A stretch of DNA of 64,000 nucleotides. Source: an uncultured Cytophagia bacterium. GTDB taxonomy: Bacteria > Zhuqueibacterota > Zhuqueibacteria > Residuimicrobiales > Residuimicrobiaceae. The DNA lies in NCBI GenBank assembly GCA_964436305.1, contig CAYTCI010000003.1, positions 22,350 through 86,349 on the forward strand, written 5' to 3'. Shown in pieces: positions 45,052 to 53,408 of the stretch. How positions within the stretch are numbered: the first letter of the stretch is position 1; the number at the start of each line of letters is the position of its first letter. Position numbers and translations under genes: made by a program. Under the pieces are notes generated by a model. That model worked only from the letters and a program-made list of their open reading frames with translations, did no database searches and was not told where the DNA came from.

Positions 45052-45744
45052 TCAGATCTCGGTAATGAATCGATAACCAACGCCTTTTATGGTTTCTATG
45101 TGGAGCATATGGGGTTCGCCCAGTTTCTCGCGGATCTTGCGGATATGGACGTCGATGGTGCGATCGATGACGACCACATCCTTGCCCCAGAGATCGTTGA
45201 GCAGGGTCTCACGGGTGATGACCCGACCGGGGCGCTCTGCCAGATAGAGCAGGAGTTCGAACTCCTTTTTGGTAAAGGGGACCGTTTGGCCACCGATGGT
45301 CACGCCATAGCTGGCCGGGTCGACGATGACCGCGCCGAACTGGAGGGATTTGGGTGTGGCGCTGGCAGGCCGCGCCGTTTTGCGCAGGGCCAGTTTGACC
45401 CGGGCGATCAGTTTGTTCATGCTGATGGGCTTGACCATATAATCATCGGCGCCCAGCTCAAGCCCCACCACCTCGTCGACCTCGCCGTCTTTGGCGGTCA
45501 GAAAAATGACATTCAGTCCCCTGGTCACCGGATCCTGGCGCAGTTCGCGCAGCACCTCCCAGCCATCCCGGCCCGGCAGCATGACATCGAGAATGATCAG
45601 GTCGGGATGGGCGCTGCGGGCGAGCTCGAGGGCGGCCTCGCCGTCGGCGGCGGTGAGAATCTCATAGCCTTCGCGCTTGAGGTTGAAGGAGAGCAGATCG
45701 AGAATGTCCTGCTCATCATCGACGAGCAGAATGGTCTTTACCAT
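45052..45744 (-). CDS. phoB: OmpR/PhoB-family response regulator
   Basis: Start reset from 45897 to ATG 45744 (AGAGGA RBS). Receiver domain ILLVDDEQDIL...DLIILDVMLPG. Winged-helix C-terminus LTKKEFELLLYLA...VDVHIRKIREKL...IETIKGVGYRF. Confidence 0.85.
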   Translation of the reverse strand: MVKTILLVDDEQDILDLLSFNLKREGYEILTAADGEAALELARSAHPDLIILDVMLPGRDGWEVLRELRQDPVTRGLNVIFLTAKDGEVDEVVGLELGADDYMVKPISMNKLIARVKLALRKTARPASATPKSLQFGAVIVDPASYGVTIGGQTVPFTKKEFELLLYLAERPGRVITRETLLNDLWGKDVVVIDRTIDVHIRKIREKLGEPHMLHIETIKGVGYRFITEI

Positions 45745-45826
45745 TGGCGTCCTCTGATCCCCCCCGGAGTATTGGCCTGCATTCGCTGTAAGATACTCCT
45801 TTATTGCGCGATTCTCAAGGATTATT

Positions 45827-46483
45827 TCAGTTGTGCTGATGGGCGACGATCCGCGCCTCAACCAGAAAAATGACATCCTCGGCGATGTTGGTGGCATGGT
45901 CAGCCAGCCGCTCGAGATGGCGGGAGAGGACGATGAAATGGGCGCCGGGCTCGACCAGCCGGGGATCGCTTCTCATCCTGGTGATGAGGGTCTTGAAAAT
46001 CTCCCGGCAGAGCTCGTCAGCGCGATCGTCGCGGTCGCGCACCGCCTCGGCCAGTTCGAGATTGCTGTCGATGAAGGCCTTGATGGCATCGCGCGCCATG
46101 CTGCGTGCCTCCTCGCCCAGCTGATGAAGCCCGATCTCCTCCAGCAGCGGCCGGTCCTCGACGGTTTTTTGCACCCGCTGGACGATGTTGACCGCGATAT
46201 CCCCGCAGCGTTCCAGCTGGTTGTTGATCATCAATGCCGTCAGCACGTAACGCAAATCGCTTGCGACCGGCTGAAAGAGGGCCAGGATATTCTCGCACTG
46301 CGCCTGGATGAGATTGTCGTAGGCATCAATCTCCCGATCGCGGCTGCGCACGAACTTGCACAGTTCCTGGTTTCCGGTTTGCATGGCCTGGAAGGCCAGT
46401 TCGAGCTGGGTATCGACCAGTTCGGCCATCTGCTGGATATTCTTCTTCAGGCTCGCCAATTCCTGGATAAAGTGATTTTTCAT
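45827..46483 (-). CDS. phoU: Phosphate signalling complex protein PhoU
   Basis: Start reset to ATG 46483 (AAGGAG RBS). Two PhoU repeats with the E..D...D-type motifs (RSRDREID, RDRDDRADE). Confidence 0.9.
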   Translation of the reverse strand: MKNHFIQELASLKKNIQQMAELVDTQLELAFQAMQTGNQELCKFVRSRDREIDAYDNLIQAQCENILALFQPVASDLRYVLTALMINNQLERCGDIAVNIVQRVQKTVEDRPLLEEIGLHQLGEEARSMARDAIKAFIDSNLELAEAVRDRDDRADELCREIFKTLITRMRSDPRLVEPGAHFIVLSRHLERLADHATNIAEDVIFLVEARIVAHQHN

Positions 46484-46503
46484 GCCATTCTCCTTAAAGC
46501 CGA

Positions 46504-47262
46504 TCAACCGAAACGGCCGGTGATATAATCTTCCGTCTGCTTTTTGCCCGGGGTGGTAAATATCTTGTCGGTGCGGCCCACCTCGATGAGCTGGCCGAGG
46601 TAGAAAAAGGCGGTGACATCGCTGACCCGCGCGGCCTGCTGCATGTTGTGGGTGACGATGACGATGGTATAGTGTTCTTTCAGGGAAAAGACCAGTTCCT
46701 CGATCTTTTGTGTCGCCAGCGGGTCGAGGGCCGAGGCCGGCTCGTCCATCAGGACCACTTCGGGTTGCACCGCCAGCGCCCGGGCGATGCAGAGGCGCTG
46801 CTGCTGGCCGCCGGAGAGATCCATGGCGGAGTCTTTAAGCCGATCCTTGACCTCGTGCCAGATCGCGGCGTCTTTCAGGCTCTGTTCGACGCGGGCCTCG
46901 ATGAGGGCCCGGTCCTTGACACCGTTGATACGCAGGCCATAGGCGACGTTGTCGAAGATCGACTTGGGGAAGGGATTGGACTTTTGGAAGACCATGCCGA
47001 CCCGCCGGCGCAGGTCGACCACATCGACGGCGCGGTCATAGATCTCCTCCCCCTCCAGGGTGATGCGGCCCTCGATGCGGGTGTCGGGCAGAATCTCGTT
47101 CATGCGGTTGAGGGAGCGCAGAAAGGTCGACTTGCCGCATCCGGAAGGGCCGATCAGAGCCGTGACCTGGTTTTTCTCAATGACCAGGTTGATGTCATTC
47201 AGGGCTTTGAAGGTGCCATAATAGAAGGAAAAGTTCTCCGCGGTCATCGCAGGGGTTGACAT
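46504..47262 (-). CDS. pstB: Phosphate ABC transporter ATP-binding protein
   Basis: GPSGCGKST Walker [15 protein letters not shown] signature, VLMDEP Walker B. The N-terminus is typical of PstB. Confidence 0.95.
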   Translation of the reverse strand: MSTPAMTAENFSFYYGTFKALNDINLVIEKNQVTALIGPSGCGKSTFLRSLNRMNEILPDTRIEGRITLEGEEIYDRAVDVVDLRRRVGMVFQKSNPFPKSIFDNVAYGLRINGVKDRALIEARVEQSLKDAAIWHEVKDRLKDSAMDLSGGQQQRLCIARALAVQPEVVLMDEPASALDPLATQKIEELVFSLKEHYTIVIVTHNMQQAARVSDVTAFFYLGQLIEVGRTDKIFTTPGKKQTEDYITGRFG

Positions 47263-47290
47263 GCATCAGTCCTTATCAAAAGCGTCTTCA

Positions 47291-48163
47291 TCAGGAACGT
47301 TTGTATTTTTTACGGAAGCGGTATCGGATCCAGGTCGCGGCAAAATTCATCGCCAGGACCAGAACCAGCAAGACCAGGGCGGTGCCATAGGCCAGCGGCC
47401 GCACCTTGACAATCTCGTGGTGCTGGGTCGCGAGAATGAAGAGATGATAGGGCAGGGCCATGAACTGACTGGTCAGCGCCTGGGGAAAGCCCAACAGCTG
47501 CGGCCAGAAGAAGGCCACTCCGGTGAAAAGGATCGGCGCGGTCTCGCCGGCCGCGCGCGCCAGGCCGAGGATGGTTCCGGTCAGCATGCCGGGGACGGCG
47601 TAGGGCAAAACATTGGTACGAATGGTCTGCCATCTGGTTGCGCCGAGGGCCAGGGCCCCTTCGCGGTAAGCCATCGGCACGGTCTTGAGCGCCTCTTCGC
47701 TGGCGGTGATCGTCCAGGGCAGGGTCAGCAGCCCCAGGGTCAATCCCGCGGAGAGCACGGAGAGCCCAAGATTCATCATATTCACAAACAGAGTGAAACC
47801 GAAGAGGCCATGGACAATGGAGGGTACACCGGAGAGATTGCGAATGGCCAGGCGGATGATTCGCACCAGCTTGCCCTGTTTGGCATATTCATTGAGATAG
47901 ATAGCACTGAAGATGCCGACAGGGACCGAAAAGATGATCGTCACCACGCTCACCCAGAAGGTCCCAACGACAGCCGGCCAGATTCCCCCTTCGGTCATCC
48001 CCTTGCGCGGTTTGGCGGTGATGAATTCCCAGCTGATGACCCCACCGCCCCTGGAGAGAATGTCATAGAGCACATAAAGGACCATCAGCAGCACGAGGGC
48101 TACTGCCACACGCAGCGCGGAGAAACCGAACTGCTGCCGGATTTTACGCATATCCCATTTCAT
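47291..48163 (-). CDS. pstA: Phosphate ABC transporter permease PstA
   Basis: Six-TM BPD_transp_1 permease with EAA-like loop (REGALALGATRWQTI). Second permease in the pst order. 4-nt overlap with pstC. Confidence 0.9.
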   Translation of the reverse strand: MKWDMRKIRQQFGFSALRVAVALVLLMVLYVLYDILSRGGGVISWEFITAKPRKGMTEGGIWPAVVGTFWVSVVTIIFSVPVGIFSAIYLNEYAKQGKLVRIIRLAIRNLSGVPSIVHGLFGFTLFVNMMNLGLSVLSAGLTLGLLTLPWTITASEEALKTVPMAYREGALALGATRWQTIRTNVLPYAVPGMLTGTILGLARAAGETAPILFTGVAFFWPQLLGFPQALTSQFMALPYHLFILATQHHEIVKVRPLAYGTALVLLVLVLAMNFAATWIRYRFRKKYKRS

Positions 48164-49068
48164 CGCATCACCCTCTGGTAACGCTGCAGCACCCGGTCGG
48201 AGATCAGATTAAAGATAAACGTGATGACGAACAGTACAAATGCGATCACGAACAGGGCGTGGTAATGGGTGCTGCCCTGTACGGTCTCGCCCAGCTCGAT
48301 GGCGATGGTGGCGGTCATGGTGCGCACCGGATCGAGATAGCTGTGCGGCATGGCTGCGGCGTTGCCGCAAACCATTAATACCGTCATGGTTTCGCCGATG
48401 GCCCGGCCCATGCCGAGCATCACCGAGGCAATAATGCCGGAGAGGGCGGAGGGAACGGTGATACGCACGAGGGTTTGCCACTTGTTGGCGCCCAGAGCGA
48501 GCGATGCGCTCTTGAGTTCCTGGGGTACCGAGACGATCGCATCCTCGGATATGCTGATGATGGTTGGCAGGGCCATGATCGCGAGCAGGATTGAGCCGTT
48601 GACCGCATTGAGGCCGCTCGGGGTATGGAAGAGGCGGGCCAGCAGTGGATTCAGCACGACCAGGCCGAGGAAACCCACCACGACCGAGGGAATGGCCGCG
48701 AGGATCTCGATGACCGGTTTGACCAGCTCGCGGATGCGGCGGTCCGCCACGTCTGCCAGCCAGGCGGCGGTGGCAATGCCAATCGGCACGGCGATGACCA
48801 TCGCCCCGACCGAGACCATCATCGTACCGGCCAGCAAGGCCAGCATGCCATGGGTCTCCACTTCCGGTGAGGTGGGATCCCAGCTCATGCCCAGGAAGGC
48901 GGCCAGACCTAGTTCCTTGACCGCCGGCCAGGCCTGCAGGATCAGCAGGATAAAAATGCCGACCAGGACCAGAATGGCGAAAAGACCATTGAGCAGGAAA
49001 AACTGCTCAATAGCCCGCTCCTTGAGGCGGCTGGAAAATTTGCGTTTCTGGATCTTGCGCATGCTCAA
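48160..49068 (-). CDS. pstC: Phosphate ABC transporter permease PstC
   Basis: Six-TM permease with EAA-like loop (KSASLALGANKWQTL). First permease after pstS. Confidence 0.9.
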   Translation of the reverse strand: MSMRKIQKRKFSSRLKERAIEQFFLLNGLFAILVLVGIFILLILQAWPAVKELGLAAFLGMSWDPTSPEVETHGMLALLAGTMMVSVGAMVIAVPIGIATAAWLADVADRRIRELVKPVIEILAAIPSVVVGFLGLVVLNPLLARLFHTPSGLNAVNGSILLAIMALPTIISISEDAIVSVPQELKSASLALGANKWQTLVRITVPSALSGIIASVMLGMGRAIGETMTVLMVCGNAAAMPHSYLDPVRTMTATIAIELGETVQGSTHYHALFVIAFVLFVITFIFNLISDRVLQRYQRVMR

Positions 49069-49093
49069 CGGCTTTCAACACTGGTTTGTTGAT

Positions 49094-49115
49094 GCGCCGG
49101 CCGGAAGGCCGGCGC
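49094..49115 (-). terminator. Intercistronic stem-loop between pstS and pstC (attenuator or mRNA-stability element candidate)
   Basis: GCGCCGGCC (49094-49102), GGAA loop, GGCCGGCGC (49107-49115): a perfect 9-bp GC stem, 14 nt after the pstS stop. No U-tract. Confidence 0.45.
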
Positions 49116-49128
49116 AGGAATTCAGGGC

Positions 49129-50013
49129 TTAAAAACCGGCTTTCTTGTTGTTCTCGAGGTATGGACCGGCGACCGGATAAAAGCCCATCTCCTCGACCAC
49201 TCTCTGTCCCTCGGGGCTGAGAATGAAGGCAACGAAATTCTTCAAGCTGCCTTTGGGTTTGCCATTGGTATACTGGAAAAGGGCGCGGGCGATGGGATAG
49301 GTGCCGGCCTTGATATTGTTTTTATCCAGGGGACTGACTCCCTTGCCGTTGCTTCCGGCGATCTCCAGCACCTTGATGCCGGGGAGAAGCTGGCCCTTGT
49401 CATCGAAGACATAGCCGACACCGACGTAGCTGATGCCCGCCTTGTCAGCGGCGAGGGCATCGATAATCTGGGCGTTGCCGTTCATCTGTTTCATTTTGGG
49501 TGAGTAATTCTTGTTGCCCAGGACATGCTCCTGAAAGAAGACATAGGTACCGGAGCTGGGCTGACGGCCGTAAAGGGAAATCGGCTTGTCGGGGCCGCCG
49601 AGCTCTTTCCAGTTGGTCACTTCGCCGCGAAAGATGGCGCCCACCTGGGCCATGCTCAGTTTGCTCAGGGGATTGTCCTGATGGACGACCACCGAAAGGG
49701 CATCGATGCCGATGGCGATTTCCGTGGCGACCACACCGTTTTCCTTGGCCGCGGCGTATTCCTTTTCCTTCATCGGCCGGGAAGCGTCGGCAACATCGAC
49801 CTTGTTGGCGATGAGCGCGGCGATACCCACACCCGAGCCGCCGCCGGTGACGGCAATGGCCGTATCGGGATCTTTTTCCATGTAGACTTCAGCCAGACGC
49901 TGGACCAGATTGACCGAGGTGTCAGAGCCCTTGATCTGAATCATGCCCTGCGCAAAGACCGGGACCAAGAAGGCCATCAGGCTGGCGAGGGCGAGGAGAA
50001 TGCTTTTTTTCAT
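49129..50013 (-). CDS. pstS: Phosphate ABC transporter substrate-binding protein
   Basis: Signal peptide. IKGSDTSVNL...AVTGGGSGVGIAAL...ADASRPMK matches the PBP_like_2/PstS pattern. Confidence 0.9.
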   Translation of the reverse strand: MKKSILLALASLMAFLVPVFAQGMIQIKGSDTSVNLVQRLAEVYMEKDPDTAIAVTGGGSGVGIAALIANKVDVADASRPMKEKEYAAAKENGVVATEIAIGIDALSVVVHQDNPLSKLSMAQVGAIFRGEVTNWKELGGPDKPISLYGRQPSSGTYVFFQEHVLGNKNYSPKMKQMNGNAQIIDALAADKAGISYVGVGYVFDDKGQLLPGIKVLEIAGSNGKGVSPLDKNNIKAGTYPIARALFQYTNGKPKGSLKNFVAFILSPEGQRVVEEMGFYPVAGPYLENNKKAGF

Positions 50014-50047
50014 GGTGGTGCTCCTTTATTGCTTTGAGGATTTTTCG

Positions 50048-51196
50048 TTATTCGCCGGTGATCTTGCCGGAGTCGAACTTGGCGTAGAGAGTGAGGCGGG
50101 CGGTAACGTCATTTTTCACGCCCTCTTTGGTGTAATTCCGGATCATCACGTTGGGCATCAGGTGCATGTTCGAGACGGGTATGTAGTCCAGACCGGCGAT
50201 AATGAGGGCGTTCTCGTCATCCACGCCGTTGCCGCTGACCTTGCCGCTGGCGAACTTGGTGTAAACGGTGCTGCTGGTATTGGGATCGTACGAGTCGTAG
50301 CGGGCGAAGGCTTTGAGCCTGGCCAGGGGGGTGATCCAGGAACCGAAAACCGAATAGCCCGTCTTGACTACATCCGCTTTTTCGTAACGTGCAAGCTTGT
50401 CATTCTGAATGACCGGGCTGGAGATGCCGGATTTGGTATTGGTGCGCTGGAAGTATTCAGCGCCGACCGAGAACCGGGGCTGGTCATAACCGACAAAACC
50501 CTTCAGGGTCATGTAGGAGGTGCTGCCGGTATAGTCCTTGCCTGCGCTCGTGGCTGTGGCGGTCTGGAGATCGTTCGGATTTTGTTTTTCATAGTCGGCA
50601 TAGCCCTCGATCATCAGCCCTTTGAGCGGCGTGACCCAGAGCGCATACCCGAACTTCTTATAACGGTCGCCTTCAGCGGCGCCATAACCCGGTCCGTTCA
50701 TGATCGTCAGCCAGTGGTGCAGTGTTTTGGTCAGATCGCCCTTCAGGGCAAGGCCTAAATCGGCAGAGGAGCTGATCTTGTTCAGATCCATGATCGTCTT
50801 TTCGATCGAGCGGTAGCCCCAGAGTTCCTCGGAGTTCTTGAAGGCATTGGTTTCGGAGATGCCCAGATAGAGCTTGTGGTTGGGGATTACATTGCTCCAT
50901 TCGATGTAGGCGTGTTTGACGAAGGGATTGATCTTGCTGGTGCTGCCAAAACCATTGCTCTCGGACTCGAGGCGGAAACGAACCTTGATGGCGTCAGTGA
51001 TGTTGTTTTCGAAGGTGAAATAGATGCGGCGGAACTGAAAAGCGTTGCGGTCCTTTTCAGCCGGGGCACTGTTGTTGAGGTTGTAGTAGTAGTCGCTGTA
51101 AACAACTCCGGAGATGTCGGAGGTGGTTTGGCCGAAGCTCATGACCGGAGCCAGGGCGACCAAGGCCATTACAATCGTTGATACTACTTTTTTCAT
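50048..51196 (-). CDS. Outer-membrane porin, phosphate-selective porin O/P-like (tentative)
   Basis: Signal peptide MKKVVSTIVMALVALAPVMSFGQ. Alternating beta-strand pattern. N-terminal GVVYSDYYYNL...FQFRRIYFTFE resembles OprO/P-family porins. First gene of the pst operon. Confidence 0.6.
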   Translation of the reverse strand: MKKVVSTIVMALVALAPVMSFGQTTSDISGVVYSDYYYNLNNSAPAEKDRNAFQFRRIYFTFENNITDAIKVRFRLESESNGFGSTSKINPFVKHAYIEWSNVIPNHKLYLGISETNAFKNSEELWGYRSIEKTIMDLNKISSSADLGLALKGDLTKTLHHWLTIMNGPGYGAAEGDRYKKFGYALWVTPLKGLMIEGYADYEKQNPNDLQTATATSAGKDYTGSTSYMTLKGFVGYDQPRFSVGAEYFQRTNTKSGISSPVIQNDKLARYEKADVVKTGYSVFGSWITPLARLKAFARYDSYDPNTSSTVYTKFASGKVSGNGVDDENALIIAGLDYIPVSNMHLMPNVMIRNYTKEGVKNDVTARLTLYAKFDSGKITGE

Positions 51197-51277
51197 TTCT
51201 CCTCCCTGAGGGTGAGTGCAGTCTCTTTTTTGCCAAATGGATAGCCCATTTTAGCGCTAAAAGATAGCATAAAATTG

Positions 51278-51316
51278 TTAACTGGAAATAAACGGCGGGT
51301 TAAGAAATCATTAAGA
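51278..51316. promoter_or_regulatory. Phased TTAA(C/G) direct repeats: candidate Pho-box-like response-regulator site
   Basis: TTAACT at 51278, TTAAGA at 51300 and TTAAGA at 51311, with a degenerate TAAACG at 51289. The starts are spaced 11 or 22 bp apart (one helical turn), as is typical of OmpR/PhoB-family sites. They lie just upstream of a TAAAAT -10-like hexamer (minus strand, 51253-51248) that lacks a good -35. Confidence 0.3.
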
Positions 51317-51360
51317 GAGGCAGGGTCTCACAATTGCGGTCTATGGCTATAATAAATCTT

Positions 51361-51388
51361 TTGACTCCATAGAAAATATTACTAGATT
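51361..51388 (+). promoter_or_regulatory. Candidate sigma70-like promoter of the OlsF-like gene
   Basis: TTGACT (51361-51366), 16-nt spacer, TAGATT (51383-51388), about 110 nt upstream of ATG 51499. Confidence 0.35.
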
Positions 51389-51498
51389 AGTCAGAAGTTG
51401 CCTGTCGCCAACCGATGCAAGGCGTAGGGCCCACCCTCCCCTTGTCATGGATGTACGGATCAAAGCAGGTTCCAGCCCACCAAGTTGAGGATGATGGA

Positions 51499-53241
51499 AT
51501 GAAAGAGCTGGATGTTCGTGAGATTATCACCGCCAGAGCCCCCGGTTTTTTCCCCCGATATCCGCTTTTTGTCCAGACGCTGATCATACGTTTGCTTTCC
51601 CGGCTCTTGCGGGTGGAGGAGATCAATCATCAGATCCGTAAAAATGCCGGTGTCAAGGGCGTCGCGTTCATTGATGAGGTATTTGAGGATCTCAATTTTT
51701 CCTACTATTTGTCCAGCATCGACCGCAACAAAATCCCCTCCGAAGGCAAGCTGGTGGTGGTTGCCAATCATCCCCTGGGCGCTCTGGACGGCCTGGCGCT
51801 GCTGCGCGCGATCAGTGAGGTCCGGCCGGATGTGCGGATCATAGCCAACGATGTGCTGATGAATTTCGAAAATCTGGAGGAGCTCTTTCTGCCGTATGAT
51901 GTTTTTTCCCGGCACATGCAAAAAGAGCACATTGCGCACATCGGCGCAGAACTGCTGCAAGAAAAGGCGATCCTCTTTTTCCCGGCGGCGGAGGTTTCGC
52001 GCCTGACATGGAAGGGCATCCGCGATCCGCAGTGGTTGAATGGTCCGGTTTTTTTCGCCAAAAAGTATGATGCTCCGGTTCTGCCGGTTTTCATCAAGGG
52101 CCGGAATTCGATCCTCTTTTATGTAATCTCGCTGCTCTATAAAAGGTTCTCTACCCTGCTCCTGCCCCGGGAAATTTTCAACAAACGCGGCAAATCCCTG
52201 CGTTTTGTGGTCGGTGATCCCATTCCCGGTGCGGTTTTTACGGCTTCTTATATCAAGACCAGGGTCATGAGCCGTCTGCTGCGTAAACAAACCTATCTCC
52301 TCGCCCGAAAAAAAAAGTCCGCCATTTTCAAGACTGAAAAGACCATCATTCATCCCGTCGATCGCCGGCAGCTCAGGGAAGAGCTGGCGTCTTCCACCTT
52401 GCTCGGACAAACCAGCGATGGCAAAAAGATCTATCTGGTGGATTTCGACAAGGCACACCGGGTGATGCGGGAGATCGCGCGCCTGCGGGAACAGACCTTC
52501 CGCAAGGTGGGCGAGGGTACCGGCCTCAAGCTGGATCTGGACCGGTTCGACCGCTATTACCAGCATATCGTGCTCTGGGATGAGGGTCCGCTGGAGATCA
52601 TCGGCTCCTACCGCGTGGGTAACTGCCGGCAGATCATCAGCGAACTGGGGGTTGAGGGGCTCTACACCAATACCCTCTTCCGCTACAGCCCGGCGGCCAG
52701 GCCCATCCTCGATCAGGCCCTCGAGCTCGGCCGCAGTTTCGTCCAGATCAAATACTGGAAAAGTAATGCCCTGGATTATCTCTGGCAGGGCATCGGCGCC
52801 TATCTGATTCGTCATCCGGAGGTGAACTATCTGCTCGGCCCGGTGAGCATCAGCAATACCTACACCGAGCGCGCCAAGGAGCTGCTGGTCTATTTTTATC
52901 AGACCTGGTTCCCCGGCGATCGGGAATTTGCCCCCCATGTCAGCCCGTTCCGTATTTCGCAGAACAATCAGGCGGAACTCGCTGTGCTCTTCCCGCGCAT
53001 AGAGTATCGTCAGGAGCTGCGCAAACTCAAGGAAGCCCTCAAGATGCTCGGCTTTTCCATCCCGGTCCTATACAAGCAGTATTCAGAACTCTGCGAAGAG
53101 GGCGGGGTCGCATTTCTTGATTTTGGCGTCGACAAGGATTTCGGCGACTGCATCGACGGCCTGATCCTCATCCGGATCGACCGGCTTTTACCGAACAAAC
53201 GGGAACGGTATATGACAGTCCATCCGGTCGCATCCTCCTGA
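51499..53241 (+). CDS. Bifunctional lysophospholipid-acyltransferase + GNAT N-acyltransferase (OlsF-like aminolipid synthase)
   Basis: Start placed at ATG 51499. The N-terminal half has a PlsC-type block VVVANHPLGALDGLALL ... FFPAAEVSR. The C-terminal half is OlsB/Acetyltransf_5-like (LREQTFRKVGEGTGLKLDLDRFDRYYQHIVLWDE...IIGSYRV). This two-domain order matches the OlsF-type ornithine/aminolipid synthases described in Serratia and Flavobacterium. Confidence 0.7.
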   Translation: MKELDVREIITARAPGFFPRYPLFVQTLIIRLLSRLLRVEEINHQIRKNAGVKGVAFIDEVFEDLNFSYYLSSIDRNKIPSEGKLVVVANHPLGALDGLALLRAISEVRPDVRIIANDVLMNFENLEELFLPYDVFSRHMQKEHIAHIGAELLQEKAILFFPAAEVSRLTWKGIRDPQWLNGPVFFAKKYDAPVLPVFIKGRNSILFYVISLLYKRFSTLLLPREIFNKRGKSLRFVVGDPIPGAVFTASYIKTRVMSRLLRKQTYLLARKKKSAIFKTEKTIIHPVDRRQLREELASSTLLGQTSDGKKIYLVDFDKAHRVMREIARLREQTFRKVGEGTGLKLDLDRFDRYYQHIVLWDEGPLEIIGSYRVGNCRQIISELGVEGLYTNTLFRYSPAARPILDQALELGRSFVQIKYWKSNALDYLWQGIGAYLIRHPEVNYLLGPVSISNTYTERAKELLVYFYQTWFPGDREFAPHVSPFRISQNNQAELAVLFPRIEYRQELRKLKEALKMLGFSIPVLYKQYSELCEEGGVAFLDFGVDKDFGDCIDGLILIRIDRLLPNKRERYMTVHPVASS

Positions 53242-53342
53242 GCAGGCCGGCGAACCGCCGTGGCGGGGGCTGCAATACCCCGCTCTCGTCTCTCCCGCCG
53301 GCTCGGCGCCGGATTATTTGGGGTTTCCCGCGATGGATTGGG

Positions 53343-53371
53343 TTGACATTGTGTGAAAAATTTGGTAATTT
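53343..53371 (+). promoter_or_regulatory. Candidate sigma70-like promoter of the surface-protein locus
   Basis: Consensus TTGACA (53343-53348), 17-nt spacer, TAATTT (53366-53371). It coincides with the track ORF start at 53343, which argues that start is false. Confidence 0.4.
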
Positions 53372-53408
53372 AATTGCCACTCTTTTATCGGCCAAAAAGG
53401 ATTTGCTC

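Noticed and set aside
43636-45873. 745-aa plus-strand ORF
   Set aside because: It is antisense to phoR and phoB, whose products carry unambiguous H-box, N/G-box and receiver motifs. The plus-strand translation is low-complexity (G/A/D/Q/L-rich) with no recognisable motifs. This is a typical shadow ORF of GC-rich DNA.
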